Shown: in pieces, positions 18,681 to 26,515 of the stretch
Numbering within the stretch: the stretch's first letter is position 1
Layout of the letters: the number at the start of each line of letters is the position of its first letter
Assembly (NCBI GenBank): GCA_016212505.1
Contig: JACRGB010000003.1
Coordinates: 27,561 to 91,560, forward strand
DNA: 64,000 nt
DNA from: Candidatus Micrarchaeota archaeon
GTDB lineage: Archaea > Micrarchaeota > Micrarchaeia > Anstonellales > Bilamarchaeaceae
Direction: 5' to 3'
Program-made: the position numbers and the translations under genes
The notes under the pieces: model-generated
Databases searched by the model: none
Seen by the model: only the letters and a program-made list of their open reading frames with translations
Told to the model about the DNA's origin: nothing

Positions 18681-19124
18681 TTATTCACCCTCAAGCTGTG
18701 ATATAGTTAATTTTTCACCGTCGTTATTTAATATTAGAAGGTTAGTGCATTTATTGCTTTGGATAATATATTGCCCAAGCTCCTGGGCAATGCACCCATT
18801 GCCATTATCAACTTGATAATCATAAGCAGGCACCTTATATGAATAACTAAAAGTTCCGTAAGGGCCCTGCCAATCAAGAACTAGGTTATAATTTTTATTC
18901 GGTAGGGTAATATTATAGGGATAACCAAGTATGGTTTTTGGGAAAGTATAGTTATAGGAAAATCCGCGGCCGCCCTGGACGCCAAGAGCAATTGCATTGG
19001 AAAACCCTTCACCAACGCCTTGCGCAACAGTATTTTGCCGTAGGGGAATTTCTGAGGATTGTATATTGTTAATGACAATAAAGGCAGCTATAACTAGCAC
19101 CATAAAAACAGAGATGTATAACAT
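18681..19124 (-). CDS. Small secreted/membrane-anchored protein of the pilin-like cluster (start uncertain; long ORF extends to 19355)
   Basis: The internal Met at 19124 gives MLYISVFMVLVIAAFIVINN, a hydrophobic anchor. The upstream 77 codons of the longer ORF run through a dense cluster of DNA hairpins, so they are probably not coding. Confidence 0.45.
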   Translation of the reverse strand: MLYISVFMVLVIAAFIVINNIQSSEIPLRQNTVAQGVGEGFSNAIALGVQGGRGFSYNYTFPKTILGYPYNITLPNKNYNLVLDWQGPYGTFSYSYKVPAYDYQVDNGNGCIAQELGQYIIQSNKCTNLLILNNDGEKLTISQLEGE

Positions 19125-19132
19125 GAATTCGG

Positions 19133-19281
19133 CAGCCACCTGTGCGCGCAGGTGGCTGGCAGCGAACGGAGTTCGCTCAACCGCGACTTGCCCACGCAAG
19201 TTGCGGGCATGGCAAGAAATACCTTGTATTTCTTGACAGTCTTGAACGGATCGCCGTTCAAGGACAGAAAACGAAGTTTTC
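19133..19281. repeat. Tandem cluster of at least 6 short GC-rich hairpins/inverted repeats between pilin-like genes
   Basis: cagccacctg-tgcgcg-caggtggctg (19133-19158); cgaac-gga-gttcg (19163-19175); gcgacttg-cccac-gcaagttgcg (19183-19205); caagaaata-cctt-gtatttcttg (19213-19235); cttgaacgg-atcg-ccgttcaag (19241-19262); gaaaac-gaa-gttttc (19267-19281). Also an imperfect direct repeat ctcaacCgcgacTtg / ctcaacAgcgacCtg. Confidence 0.5.
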
Positions 19282-19341
19282 TCAACAGCGACCTGGCCTC
19301 GAAAGTAGCTGACTTGCGCCTTTTTAGAATTGTTTTTTTGT

Positions 19342-19776
19342 TTAACCTGGTGCACTAAGTTCCACCTTACCGTTATTGTTCACCAGAGTAATTGGTAGAA
19401 GTCCGCTCTTTGCCTTAAGGTTCTGCTCGTAGTAGTTATTTTTATTATTACTAGAGATATTCGCGATCGTTGGGGAAACTGCCTCAAAATTACCTGACGA
19501 GGTTTTTATGGTGATAATGATTTCGCCACTTTTAGCCTGGAGAGATTCTGTGGACGAAGGAAGGTTCAGTACGACAACGCGCTTTGCACCATTTCCCTGC
19601 GCAAAAACAAAATCAGCGGCTTCAGCTAGAGAGCGGCTCGATGATTCTGCCTGGGCCTTGGCAGTATTCTCATAACCTACTGAATTTAGCGAGAATAAAA
19701 GGAACAGGACCGGCACGGTAAATGCTAGCACAATTGCGATTGTGACAAAAAGTTCCATTGAAGATTGGCCCTTCAT
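19342..19776 (-). CDS. Archaeal type IV pilin-like protein (class III signal peptide), candidate major subunit
   Basis: 144 aa starting MKGQSSMELFVTIAIVLAFTVPVLFLLF. The hairpin cluster follows it on the transcribed strand. Confidence 0.6.
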   Translation of the reverse strand: MKGQSSMELFVTIAIVLAFTVPVLFLLFSLNSVGYENTAKAQAESSSRSLAEAADFVFAQGNGAKRVVVLNLPSSTESLQAKSGEIIITIKTSSGNFEAVSPTIANISSNNKNNYYEQNLKAKSGLLPITLVNNNGKVELSAPG

Positions 19777-21392
19777 TGCTTACACCCCGCACCGCTTTTG
19801 CATGAAAGTGGATCCAAAACATAGTCCTTTATTGCAGTATCGCTGAGGGTAAATATTCCAGTTGTAGGGCTATCCGAACACACTTCGGCATTTCTGCAAC
19901 CAGGAAGGCCACGAAGCGGGGAGTATACTGGTTGTGAGCTAAACAGCTCGCGATCGAGCCTGCTGCGGCCAAATAAGACCTTATTTGAATATTCACCGAC
20001 GACAAAAGTTTCGATACCGAATTTCTTATCAGATAAAGAATATGAACCAACCATAAGATGCTGTAAATAGGATGGCGCTTTTTCATTGTGGGTATAGTAG
20101 CCACACATTACAAAATCACGCAGCGGCTCGATATTGAAGATCCCTGTTGAGGAATCGGATTTGTACGTTTTCTTATCCGGATCGCTCAAAACATCGGATG
20201 GAGAGGATTTAGCGATTATAAGAGCACAGCGGCGCTGTTTGGTAGGGTCTGATGAGGAATCAGGACAAATGCCTGCAGAAAGCGGATCAAAGCCAAACGA
20301 AATCACAAATGGTTTTCCCATATAATCTGGGCCGCCCCATTTTATTGGTTTGCAGTTCTTATCATACTTAAGGGGGTTGAACGTAGTTGCAGGATCCTCA
20401 TCTTGCTTAGGGCAAAGGGAAGGAGGTTCAAGGAGGGGATTGGAAGTAATGATGTAGCCTCCAAAAAGTTTATAGATTTCTGGTTTAAGCTTGATTATAT
20501 CATCATATTTACCGACAATTATGTATTGGCTGGCATTGCCCAGAACTTCTGGATCCTTTGCGAATTTGACTGACGGATCATTACTGGGAGTTGCACTCGC
20601 CAGATAACCGTAAAACCATCCCTGGCCTTCTTCGCTTGGTTTAATTTGACTAACAGATACTTTTGATTTATCAGGATACTCGCTCGTGTTAAAGAAAAAT
20701 TGCCTTCCAAAGTGCTGGTTTAAATTTGAGTCTATACTTGCCTTTGCAAGGGCAGGATCAATCAGTCCGGTAACCTCAAGATCCCCGCTAAGAGGATAAG
20801 TCCTTGAAACTGAGGAACTATTCGAAGTATCTTTTAATTCCAAATGAAGGACCAGAGAATAGTTGACTTTGTCAATAGCGCTTTGGTTTAATGCGAAACC
20901 GGAAATTTGGTAAGAGCTGACATAAACTCCGGTTGAAAGCAATGAGGCATTTAGGCCACTTATCCAGGCAGTAAGGGAAGAATTCTCATTGGAGGGATTT
21001 GCCTGATCAGGCGGAAGCCCCTGGAAATCCTTTTTATCTGCAACTCCGCTCAGCAGCATCTGGTACATGGCATTTCTTATGTGGATGTTTTGGTCATTAT
21101 CCGGGCCTTTCAATAGAGGATATTGTATTGCATTTTGGTTTAGCTTGAAGAGGTTTCGGGCCATTATCTCATGTGTAATATTTCCGACTTTGGCTGGAGT
21201 TATCTGGCTGATTGCAAGCTCAACTGCAGATTGCTTATAGAAATCTGAAAATGAGCGCTCGGATGTTTCCACTGCCTTGACCCATACGGATATGGAAAGC
21301 AGGATGTATGCGAGAATAAGGAATACGGTAACGGTAAAGAGGAACCCTTTCCGGTCATTTTTTTTGTTATTTGTTTTCTTATTGCTGCGCAT
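19773..21392 (-). CDS. Large pilin-like/adhesin-like secreted protein with N-terminal hydrophobic anchor
   Basis: 539 aa. Basic N-terminus (KKTNNKKNDRKG) then FLFTVTVFLILAYILLSI. Many N-x-S/T sequons. Overlaps the next gene by 4 nt. Confidence 0.6.
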   Translation of the reverse strand: MRSNKKTNNKKNDRKGFLFTVTVFLILAYILLSISVWVKAVETSERSFSDFYKQSAVELAISQITPAKVGNITHEIMARNLFKLNQNAIQYPLLKGPDNDQNIHIRNAMYQMLLSGVADKKDFQGLPPDQANPSNENSSLTAWISGLNASLLSTGVYVSSYQISGFALNQSAIDKVNYSLVLHLELKDTSNSSSVSRTYPLSGDLEVTGLIDPALAKASIDSNLNQHFGRQFFFNTSEYPDKSKVSVSQIKPSEEGQGWFYGYLASATPSNDPSVKFAKDPEVLGNASQYIIVGKYDDIIKLKPEIYKLFGGYIITSNPLLEPPSLCPKQDEDPATTFNPLKYDKNCKPIKWGGPDYMGKPFVISFGFDPLSAGICPDSSSDPTKQRRCALIIAKSSPSDVLSDPDKKTYKSDSSTGIFNIEPLRDFVMCGYYTHNEKAPSYLQHLMVGSYSLSDKKFGIETFVVGEYSNKVLFGRSRLDRELFSSQPVYSPLRGLPGCRNAEVCSDSPTTGIFTLSDTAIKDYVLDPLSCKSGAGCKQ

Positions 21393-21405
21393 GGTTAACT
21401 ATCAC

Positions 21406-22056
21406 CTAAATGAAAATGGTTAATTTTACCACCCGGGGATTAAGGGAAGGCACAACTTCAGGATTTTTGAGGTTGTCATTTACCGAATTCCCGCAGGTAA
21501 GCAGTCCATAGCCGCCATTGCAGCTGTTATAGGAATATTTTGAAGCTGGAGGCTTGGTTGATTTGCCTGAGCCAAAAGTAACTACTTGGGATGAAACAGA
21601 AAGCTTTCTGCTTGATTTGGCGTGGCTCTCATACTGATCATTTATCGCCTCAGCACTTGAAGTATCATAGAGCGTAGCCCAAGTCTTGCCACCATCACCG
21701 CTAAGTTCGACACGATAACCATATTGGGGAGGAATTAGCACCCCGATGGTATTTTTTATCATGTTTTTGTTGGCATTGTTTGGATTGCCTAAATCATTTG
21801 AAGCAAGATCATCCAGAAGACTTATGCTGTTTTTAGTTTCCTTATCATAACCAGTACAGCCATATGAGGGCTGGGTATATTGGTCACACACCGAAGATGA
21901 TAGGGAGATAAGGACATCTTTAGAGAGGTAGTGGGCCTGGGTGAGAAGGTAATAGTAAGATGAGGGGATGCTTGAGAAGAAAATTAGCGAATAAATTGCG
22001 ATAAGGGCCAAAGTAAATGCTACGAAAGAGTCGAGTGAGAATATGAATGCCCGCAT
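21406..22056 (-). CDS. Archaeal type IV pilin-like protein (class III signal peptide)
   Basis: 216 aa starting MRAFIFSLDSFVAFTLALIAIYSLIFF. Confidence 0.6.
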   Translation of the reverse strand: MRAFIFSLDSFVAFTLALIAIYSLIFFSSIPSSYYYLLTQAHYLSKDVLISLSSSVCDQYTQPSYGCTGYDKETKNSISLLDDLASNDLGNPNNANKNMIKNTIGVLIPPQYGYRVELSGDGGKTWATLYDTSSAEAINDQYESHAKSSRKLSVSSQVVTFGSGKSTKPPASKYSYNSCNGGYGLLTCGNSVNDNLKNPEVVPSLNPRVVKLTIFI

Positions 22057-22184
22057 GGAATAGACTATGCTGGGCTATTCTTTAAAAACCATAGGTAAAA
22101 GGCAGTTACGGGTTACCAGTTTCGGGTTTCCGGTTTTTTCTTTCTGCGGATTCGTTTCTGGCACGATCGCGATTAAAAAACCAT

Positions 22185-22619
22185 TTAATTTGAAGGCAAA
22201 CACTTCCCATACCCAGTCCCGCACGCATTGCAGGTCTTATATGTTGAAGCGCAGCCATTTTCCAGGCAAGGAGCGATTGATCCCGGAGCACAAGCCTGCT
22301 GAGAGTTACAACCGTTCCAAACGCCGTTGATACAGGTCGTAACCCCACCGCATCCATTATATGTGCAAGAGCGGGTTTGACCACTTTCACAAAATGGGGC
22401 AAGGGAATCTGCAGATATTTTTACATTCTGCAGGGAAGAAAGGGCCAAAAATGCAATTGTCGCAATCATAAGCAGGCCGAAGAATAATAGTAGTGGTTTG
22501 TGTATGTCCATCAGATTTTCCCCTCTTGCAGGCCCGCCTCCAGAGGATTTGGATTCGGTTTTGACAGATTCGGATTTTGGAACTTGCCCTTTCTTATTAA
22601 ATTTTTTCATTTTTTTCAT
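22185..22619 (-). CDS. Small Cys-rich membrane-anchored/secreted protein
   Basis: 144 aa. Lys-rich N-terminus and one TM helix (LLLFFGLLMIATIAFLAL). The C-terminal ~70 aa contain 12 Cys. Confidence 0.5.
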   Translation of the reverse strand: MKKMKKFNKKGQVPKSESVKTESKSSGGGPARGENLMDIHKPLLLFFGLLMIATIAFLALSSLQNVKISADSLAPFCESGQTRSCTYNGCGGVTTCINGVWNGCNSQQACAPGSIAPCLENGCASTYKTCNACGTGYGKCLPSN

Positions 22620-22642
22620 TTAGTTCACGATGGTTTTTTACG

Positions 22643-23584
22643 TTACCTAAAATTCAGGGAAAAACCGGATTTTGCATTAAGCTGCCTGAGCATTGCTGCC
22701 AGGTTGAAAAGCCCGCTTTGCTGCTCGCCAAAACTTACGGGGCACAGGGTAACTTCATCGGAAGAACGTGCGGATGAATTGGCCAATTGCGCAGCTTTTA
22801 GGATTGCATCTTTTTTCGAGCCAACCTGGTCTATAAGACCGACCGCCAAAGCCTGCCGCCCATCCATAATCCGGCCATCGGACATCTTCTCGAAAAGCTG
22901 CATGTTCAAGTGCTTGCCACGGTTGGCAACTACAACTGAGCGGAATTCGCCATAAACATCATCAATTAGGGATTGTAATATCTCGCGCTCTTCCGGAGTC
23001 AAGTTCCTAAACTCGGAACCAATATCCTTGTGCGGGCCGGATTTTATTGCAGTGACATTTACGCCAACTTTTTCCATGAGTCCGCTAAGGTCGGAAAATG
23101 TTGCAATCACCCCGATACTACCGGTTATCGCATCAGGGTCAGAAATTATATAGTCAGTGCCAGTTGCAGAATAATATGCACCAGATGCTGCAACTTCACG
23201 GAAATATGCAACTTTTGGCTTGTTAAGTGATTTAATTGAGCTGTAAATTTCCCTTGTAGCTACTACCGAGCCACCAGGCGAGTTAAATACAAATAAAACA
23301 GAACCGATATCATCGCGCTTATTGAGCGCATCGATCGCAGATGCAATATCTTCAGAACCTGGCGCGCCTGCTGAAAATAAGCTTGGAGAGGCGGATGCAG
23401 TAGTGAGTTCACCATCAATATTTACCACGGCAACGCATTTTCCCAAAAAGCTTGGCGCTGCCCAGGAAAATGCAAAGAAAAGCAGCAGGATTATAATAAA
23501 GCCGGCTACAAGCACGGCTGCAGTGCCAAATAAGAGATTATTGTTCCTAGACCGGTCTGGCTTTCGGGTATTGAGTGGTTCCAT
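22643..23584 (-). CDS. sppA: Signal peptide peptidase SppA (protease IV, ClpP/crotonase fold)
   Basis: 313 aa with an N-terminal TM. Motifs VVNIDGEL, LFVFNSPGGSVVATREI and YFREVAASGAYYSATGTDYIISDPDAITGSIGVI (catalytic Ser region), then a Lys-containing region. Confidence 0.85.
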   Translation of the reverse strand: MEPLNTRKPDRSRNNNLLFGTAAVLVAGFIIILLLFFAFSWAAPSFLGKCVAVVNIDGELTTASASPSLFSAGAPGSEDIASAIDALNKRDDIGSVLFVFNSPGGSVVATREIYSSIKSLNKPKVAYFREVAASGAYYSATGTDYIISDPDAITGSIGVIATFSDLSGLMEKVGVNVTAIKSGPHKDIGSEFRNLTPEEREILQSLIDDVYGEFRSVVVANRGKHLNMQLFEKMSDGRIMDGRQALAVGLIDQVGSKKDAILKAAQLANSSARSSDEVTLCPVSFGEQQSGLFNLAAMLRQLNAKSGFSLNFR

Positions 23585-23636
23585 AGGATCGGTTTACCAA
23601 CATACAAATATAATGTTTTCGTGGCACTAAAAACAC

Positions 23637-24161
23637 ATGCTTGACCTAAATGGCATTTTTAGTCTCCTAATTTTTCTCATTCCCCCATACATAGCAAATT
23701 CATCACCAGTAGTCCTTGGCGGAGGGGCACCACTTGATCAAAACATAAAACTTGGTGATGGCCAGAGATTGTTCGGAGATGGGAAAACCATCCGTGGTTT
23801 TTTAGGAGGCACCATTGCAGGGGCTGTTGCCGGGGGAATTGTTGCACTGTATTATCCGCTCCCTTTTTTCCCAAATCCGCAGGTCCAGTTTATTGCAGGA
23901 TTTGCACTTGCTTTTGGGACCTTATTTGGCGATGCGGCCGGAAGCTTCATAAAAAGAAGGACACAAACAGCGCCTGGAAGGCCATTCATATTAGACTCAG
24001 TAGCATTCCTATTTTTTGCACTTCTATTTACCTATCCTTTTGCTAGCAGCAGTCTTTATGATCTGCAAAATTTGGCTTTTTTCCTCGTACTCACTCTGAT
24101 AATCCACCCCCTGACAAACGCTTTAGCTAATAAAGCTGGGCTGAAAAATGTGCCGTGGTAA
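23637..24161 (+). CDS. carS: CDP-archaeol synthase CarS
   Basis: 174-aa polytopic protein. Motifs LGGGAPLD, FGDGKTIRGFLGG and FGDAAGSFIKRR. C-terminal ...LKNVPW matches CarS family features. Confidence 0.75.
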   Translation: MLDLNGIFSLLIFLIPPYIANSSPVVLGGGAPLDQNIKLGDGQRLFGDGKTIRGFLGGTIAGAVAGGIVALYYPLPFFPNPQVQFIAGFALAFGTLFGDAAGSFIKRRTQTAPGRPFILDSVAFLFFALLFTYPFASSSLYDLQNLAFFLVLTLIIHPLTNALANKAGLKNVPW

Positions 24162-24165
24162 TTAA

Positions 24166-25278
24166 ATGGCTGAAAATAATAATTTTGAAGAAGTGATTGC
24201 AAAAGGATTAAGCAGGAGAAAGATGGAAAAACAGCAATCGGATTTTGAATATTATAGGGTCAGGGAACATTTTGGGAAATTGGAGCGAGGGACAATTTTT
24301 GTAGATGGTTTGCTAATACCCAGTTATCCTCACATAAAAAGAATTTTCACCCTTGAGAAGGGACTACTCAAAAACATTGGAGATGATGTTGAAATTTATG
24401 TTGAGGAAAAAATTGACGGGTTCAATGTCCGCATTGCCCTGATAAGGAATAAGGTCTGCGCATTTTCCCGGGGCGGATTTCTTGACCTTTTTGTAACTGA
24501 AAAACTGGCGGAAGAGCCAGGCCTTGCTAAATTTTTCAAAGAAAACCCAGGATACATAGTTTGCGGGGAGATGATCGGGAACACTCCGCATACCAGTCCA
24601 ACAAAAGAATTTGACACTAAGTTTTTTGTTTTTGATATTGCCAATCCTGATGGCACTTTGATAGGCACTAAGGAGCGGTACAAAATACTAAAAAAATACG
24701 GCATTTTAGGAGTCCCGCTCCTTGGAAAAATGAAAAGCAGCGATTTTGCCAGGCTAAAAAAAATAATTCTCCGGTTGAATAAAGAGAAAAAAGAAGGGAT
24801 GGTCATAAAAACCGCGGACCGAACCAAAGTTGTCAAATACGTCACTGCATTTTCAGATATCCAGGATATCGCCCAGAGCAGCGAGCAGTTTTTCGATATG
24901 CCCCTTGGCTTTTACTACCAGCGAATTTTGCGATCGGCAATTTTTGTGGATGATTTTGGATTTGATAGGAAGAAATTTTTCACCATGCTTGGCAAGGCAT
25001 TCTACGAGGGGCTTATTAATTCTATAAAAAATGCCAAATCAGGAAAGGACATAAGCGAGGAATTTGAAATTTCCATAAAAGATGAGCGGATTTGGGGCGA
25101 TATCCTCCACCATATGGGCAAGGAAGTGCGGGTGGAAGAAATTTGGAGGAAGAAGGAGCCGCAAGGTGATGGGAAAGGGGGATCGGCAGCAAAAACCAGG
25201 ATACGGTTTAGGAAAATCTACAGGGAAACCAGCAAAAAACTAAAATCTTATTTAGGCGGAAAAGGAATTGCGGATTGA
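24166..25278 (+). CDS. ATP-dependent RNA ligase, archaeal Rnl3 family
   Basis: 370 aa. Nucleotidyltransferase motif I YVEEKIDGFNVRIA (KxDG). Also RGGF, CGEMIG and KEGMVIKTADRTKVVKYVT (motif V). Strong resemblance to the Pyrococcus Rnl3 (Pab1020) pattern. Confidence 0.85.
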   Translation: MAENNNFEEVIAKGLSRRKMEKQQSDFEYYRVREHFGKLERGTIFVDGLLIPSYPHIKRIFTLEKGLLKNIGDDVEIYVEEKIDGFNVRIALIRNKVCAFSRGGFLDLFVTEKLAEEPGLAKFFKENPGYIVCGEMIGNTPHTSPTKEFDTKFFVFDIANPDGTLIGTKERYKILKKYGILGVPLLGKMKSSDFARLKKIILRLNKEKKEGMVIKTADRTKVVKYVTAFSDIQDIAQSSEQFFDMPLGFYYQRILRSAIFVDDFGFDRKKFFTMLGKAFYEGLINSIKNAKSGKDISEEFEISIKDERIWGDILHHMGKEVRVEEIWRKKEPQGDGKGGSAAKTRIRFRKIYRETSKKLKSYLGGKGIAD

Positions 25279-25301
25279 TTATTACTAATTAATATTGCAG
25301 A

Positions 25302-25877
25302 TTAATTTTTGGCCTTTTTAATTTTCTTCAGAAGAGCATGAAACTTTTCCGCATTAAGGTAGGTGCACCCGATCTCAGATGCAAATTTCAGCACCCCTTC
25401 ATCTGAAGAAATAAGTGTTGCATCAAGCTCTTTTGTAAGCAGGACCAATTCCACATCTTCCTTGGAATCTATTATTCCGGTGCGCATCGCATCACGGTAT
25501 TTTTCCCGGAGCTTCCCCAATTTTATATCATTATCCGGATGGTTATCTTTTGCAAATTCTTCAGCAAGGCGCATGCCCTTATTTATCCGGGTGCGGATAT
25601 CATCAATAAAATCATAAAGGACTGCTGCCGGAAGGTAAATCGAATACATATTAGGCGCGCGCTTCTTGATGTGTAGCTCGAGTTCATCAGTTGTTTTCTT
25701 TTCAATAAAATTTTTCATTTCGTTAAATACCGAAGGCGGGATAAAAAGCTCAATGTTCATTTTTGCGATTATCTTGAGGAATGCCTTAACTGCCGCAGTA
25801 GGACTCTTGCCAAAATGACCCCGGGCATGGGGATTGACAAACAAGGACGTATCGATAACAAAAACTCGGTTGGGCAT
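25302..25877 (-). CDS. PIN-like domain protein (putative nuclease)
   Basis: Probable start at the Met at 25877 (MPNRVFVIDTSLF...). An Asp near the N-terminus plus ...LISSDEGV are PIN-like acidic positions. The longer ORF to 26108 has an implausible hydrophobic leader. Confidence 0.5.
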   Translation of the reverse strand: MPNRVFVIDTSLFVNPHARGHFGKSPTAAVKAFLKIIAKMNIELFIPPSVFNEMKNFIEKKTTDELELHIKKRAPNMYSIYLPAAVLYDFIDDIRTRINKGMRLAEEFAKDNHPDNDIKLGKLREKYRDAMRTGIIDSKEDVELVLLTKELDATLISSDEGVLKFASEIGCTYLNAEKFHALLKKIKKAKN

Positions 25878-25960
25878 ATGTAATAGCATAAAAAGACGTG
25901 GAATAAAAAGGTTTGCTAGGGAAAAGATATTTGGACATAAAAACATAAGGAAGGAATCAA

Positions 25961-26500
25961 ATGAAAAAAGAAGAACGGGTAGTACGAGTTCAGATCCGAC
26001 CAACTGATTCCGAACAAAAACCAGCACTGGGAAAAAGAAGAGCTCCCATGAACAGCAGTGTAACGATAACGGCAACTGAAGTAATTGAGAGATTGAAAGC
26101 AACTGCAAGTGGCTGGGATCACATCGTAGCTAACATGATCGGACTTATCAGGTTAGAAAAAGAAGAAGTAAAACTTTTCGTAAAGGAAGGAGAAAAAACC
26201 AAAATTTATTCTCTCGATGATGATGATCAGATGTTTGGGATTCTTCAGGCGCTTTCACTGGGAAGCTCATTGCCAAAAAGCCTTCCAAAATTTGCAATTG
26301 CAGTTGTAGAAGAAACAACCAACATATATTTTGTATTGGTATCGATAAATGAGAGGAGAAAAATCATAGTAAAGGCACTACTTTCTAGTTACATGGATCG
26401 AAATGAGAGTGAGTGGAGAGAGGTATTTGTTGCAATAAGGGCAGCTGAGCAGGAGTATCTCATGCCAGGAAATAGGGGCAACCTTGTCATTTCAACTTAA
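25961..26500 (+). CDS. Hypothetical protein (convergent with giant gene; ends 15 bp from its stop)
   Basis: 179-aa ORF with a protein-like composition. No recognisable motifs. Confidence 0.4.
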   Translation: MKKEERVVRVQIRPTDSEQKPALGKRRAPMNSSVTITATEVIERLKATASGWDHIVANMIGLIRLEKEEVKLFVKEGEKTKIYSLDDDDQMFGILQALSLGSSLPKSLPKFAIAVVEETTNIYFVLVSINERRKIIVKALLSSYMDRNESEWREVFVAIRAAEQEYLMPGNRGNLVIST

Positions 26501-26515
26501 TAAAAATAGTTAAAA

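Noticed and set aside
19133-19281. Possible CRISPR array (clustered short palindromic sequences)
   Set aside because: The hairpins are all different sequences with irregular spacing. No repeated unit of constant length, no spacers, and no cas genes nearby.
22067-22402. Small ORFs 22067..22330 (+) and 22106..22402 (-)
   Set aside because: They overlap the better-supported Cys-rich secreted protein gene (22185..22619) or its 3' region. Arg/Pro-rich translations typical of out-of-frame reads.
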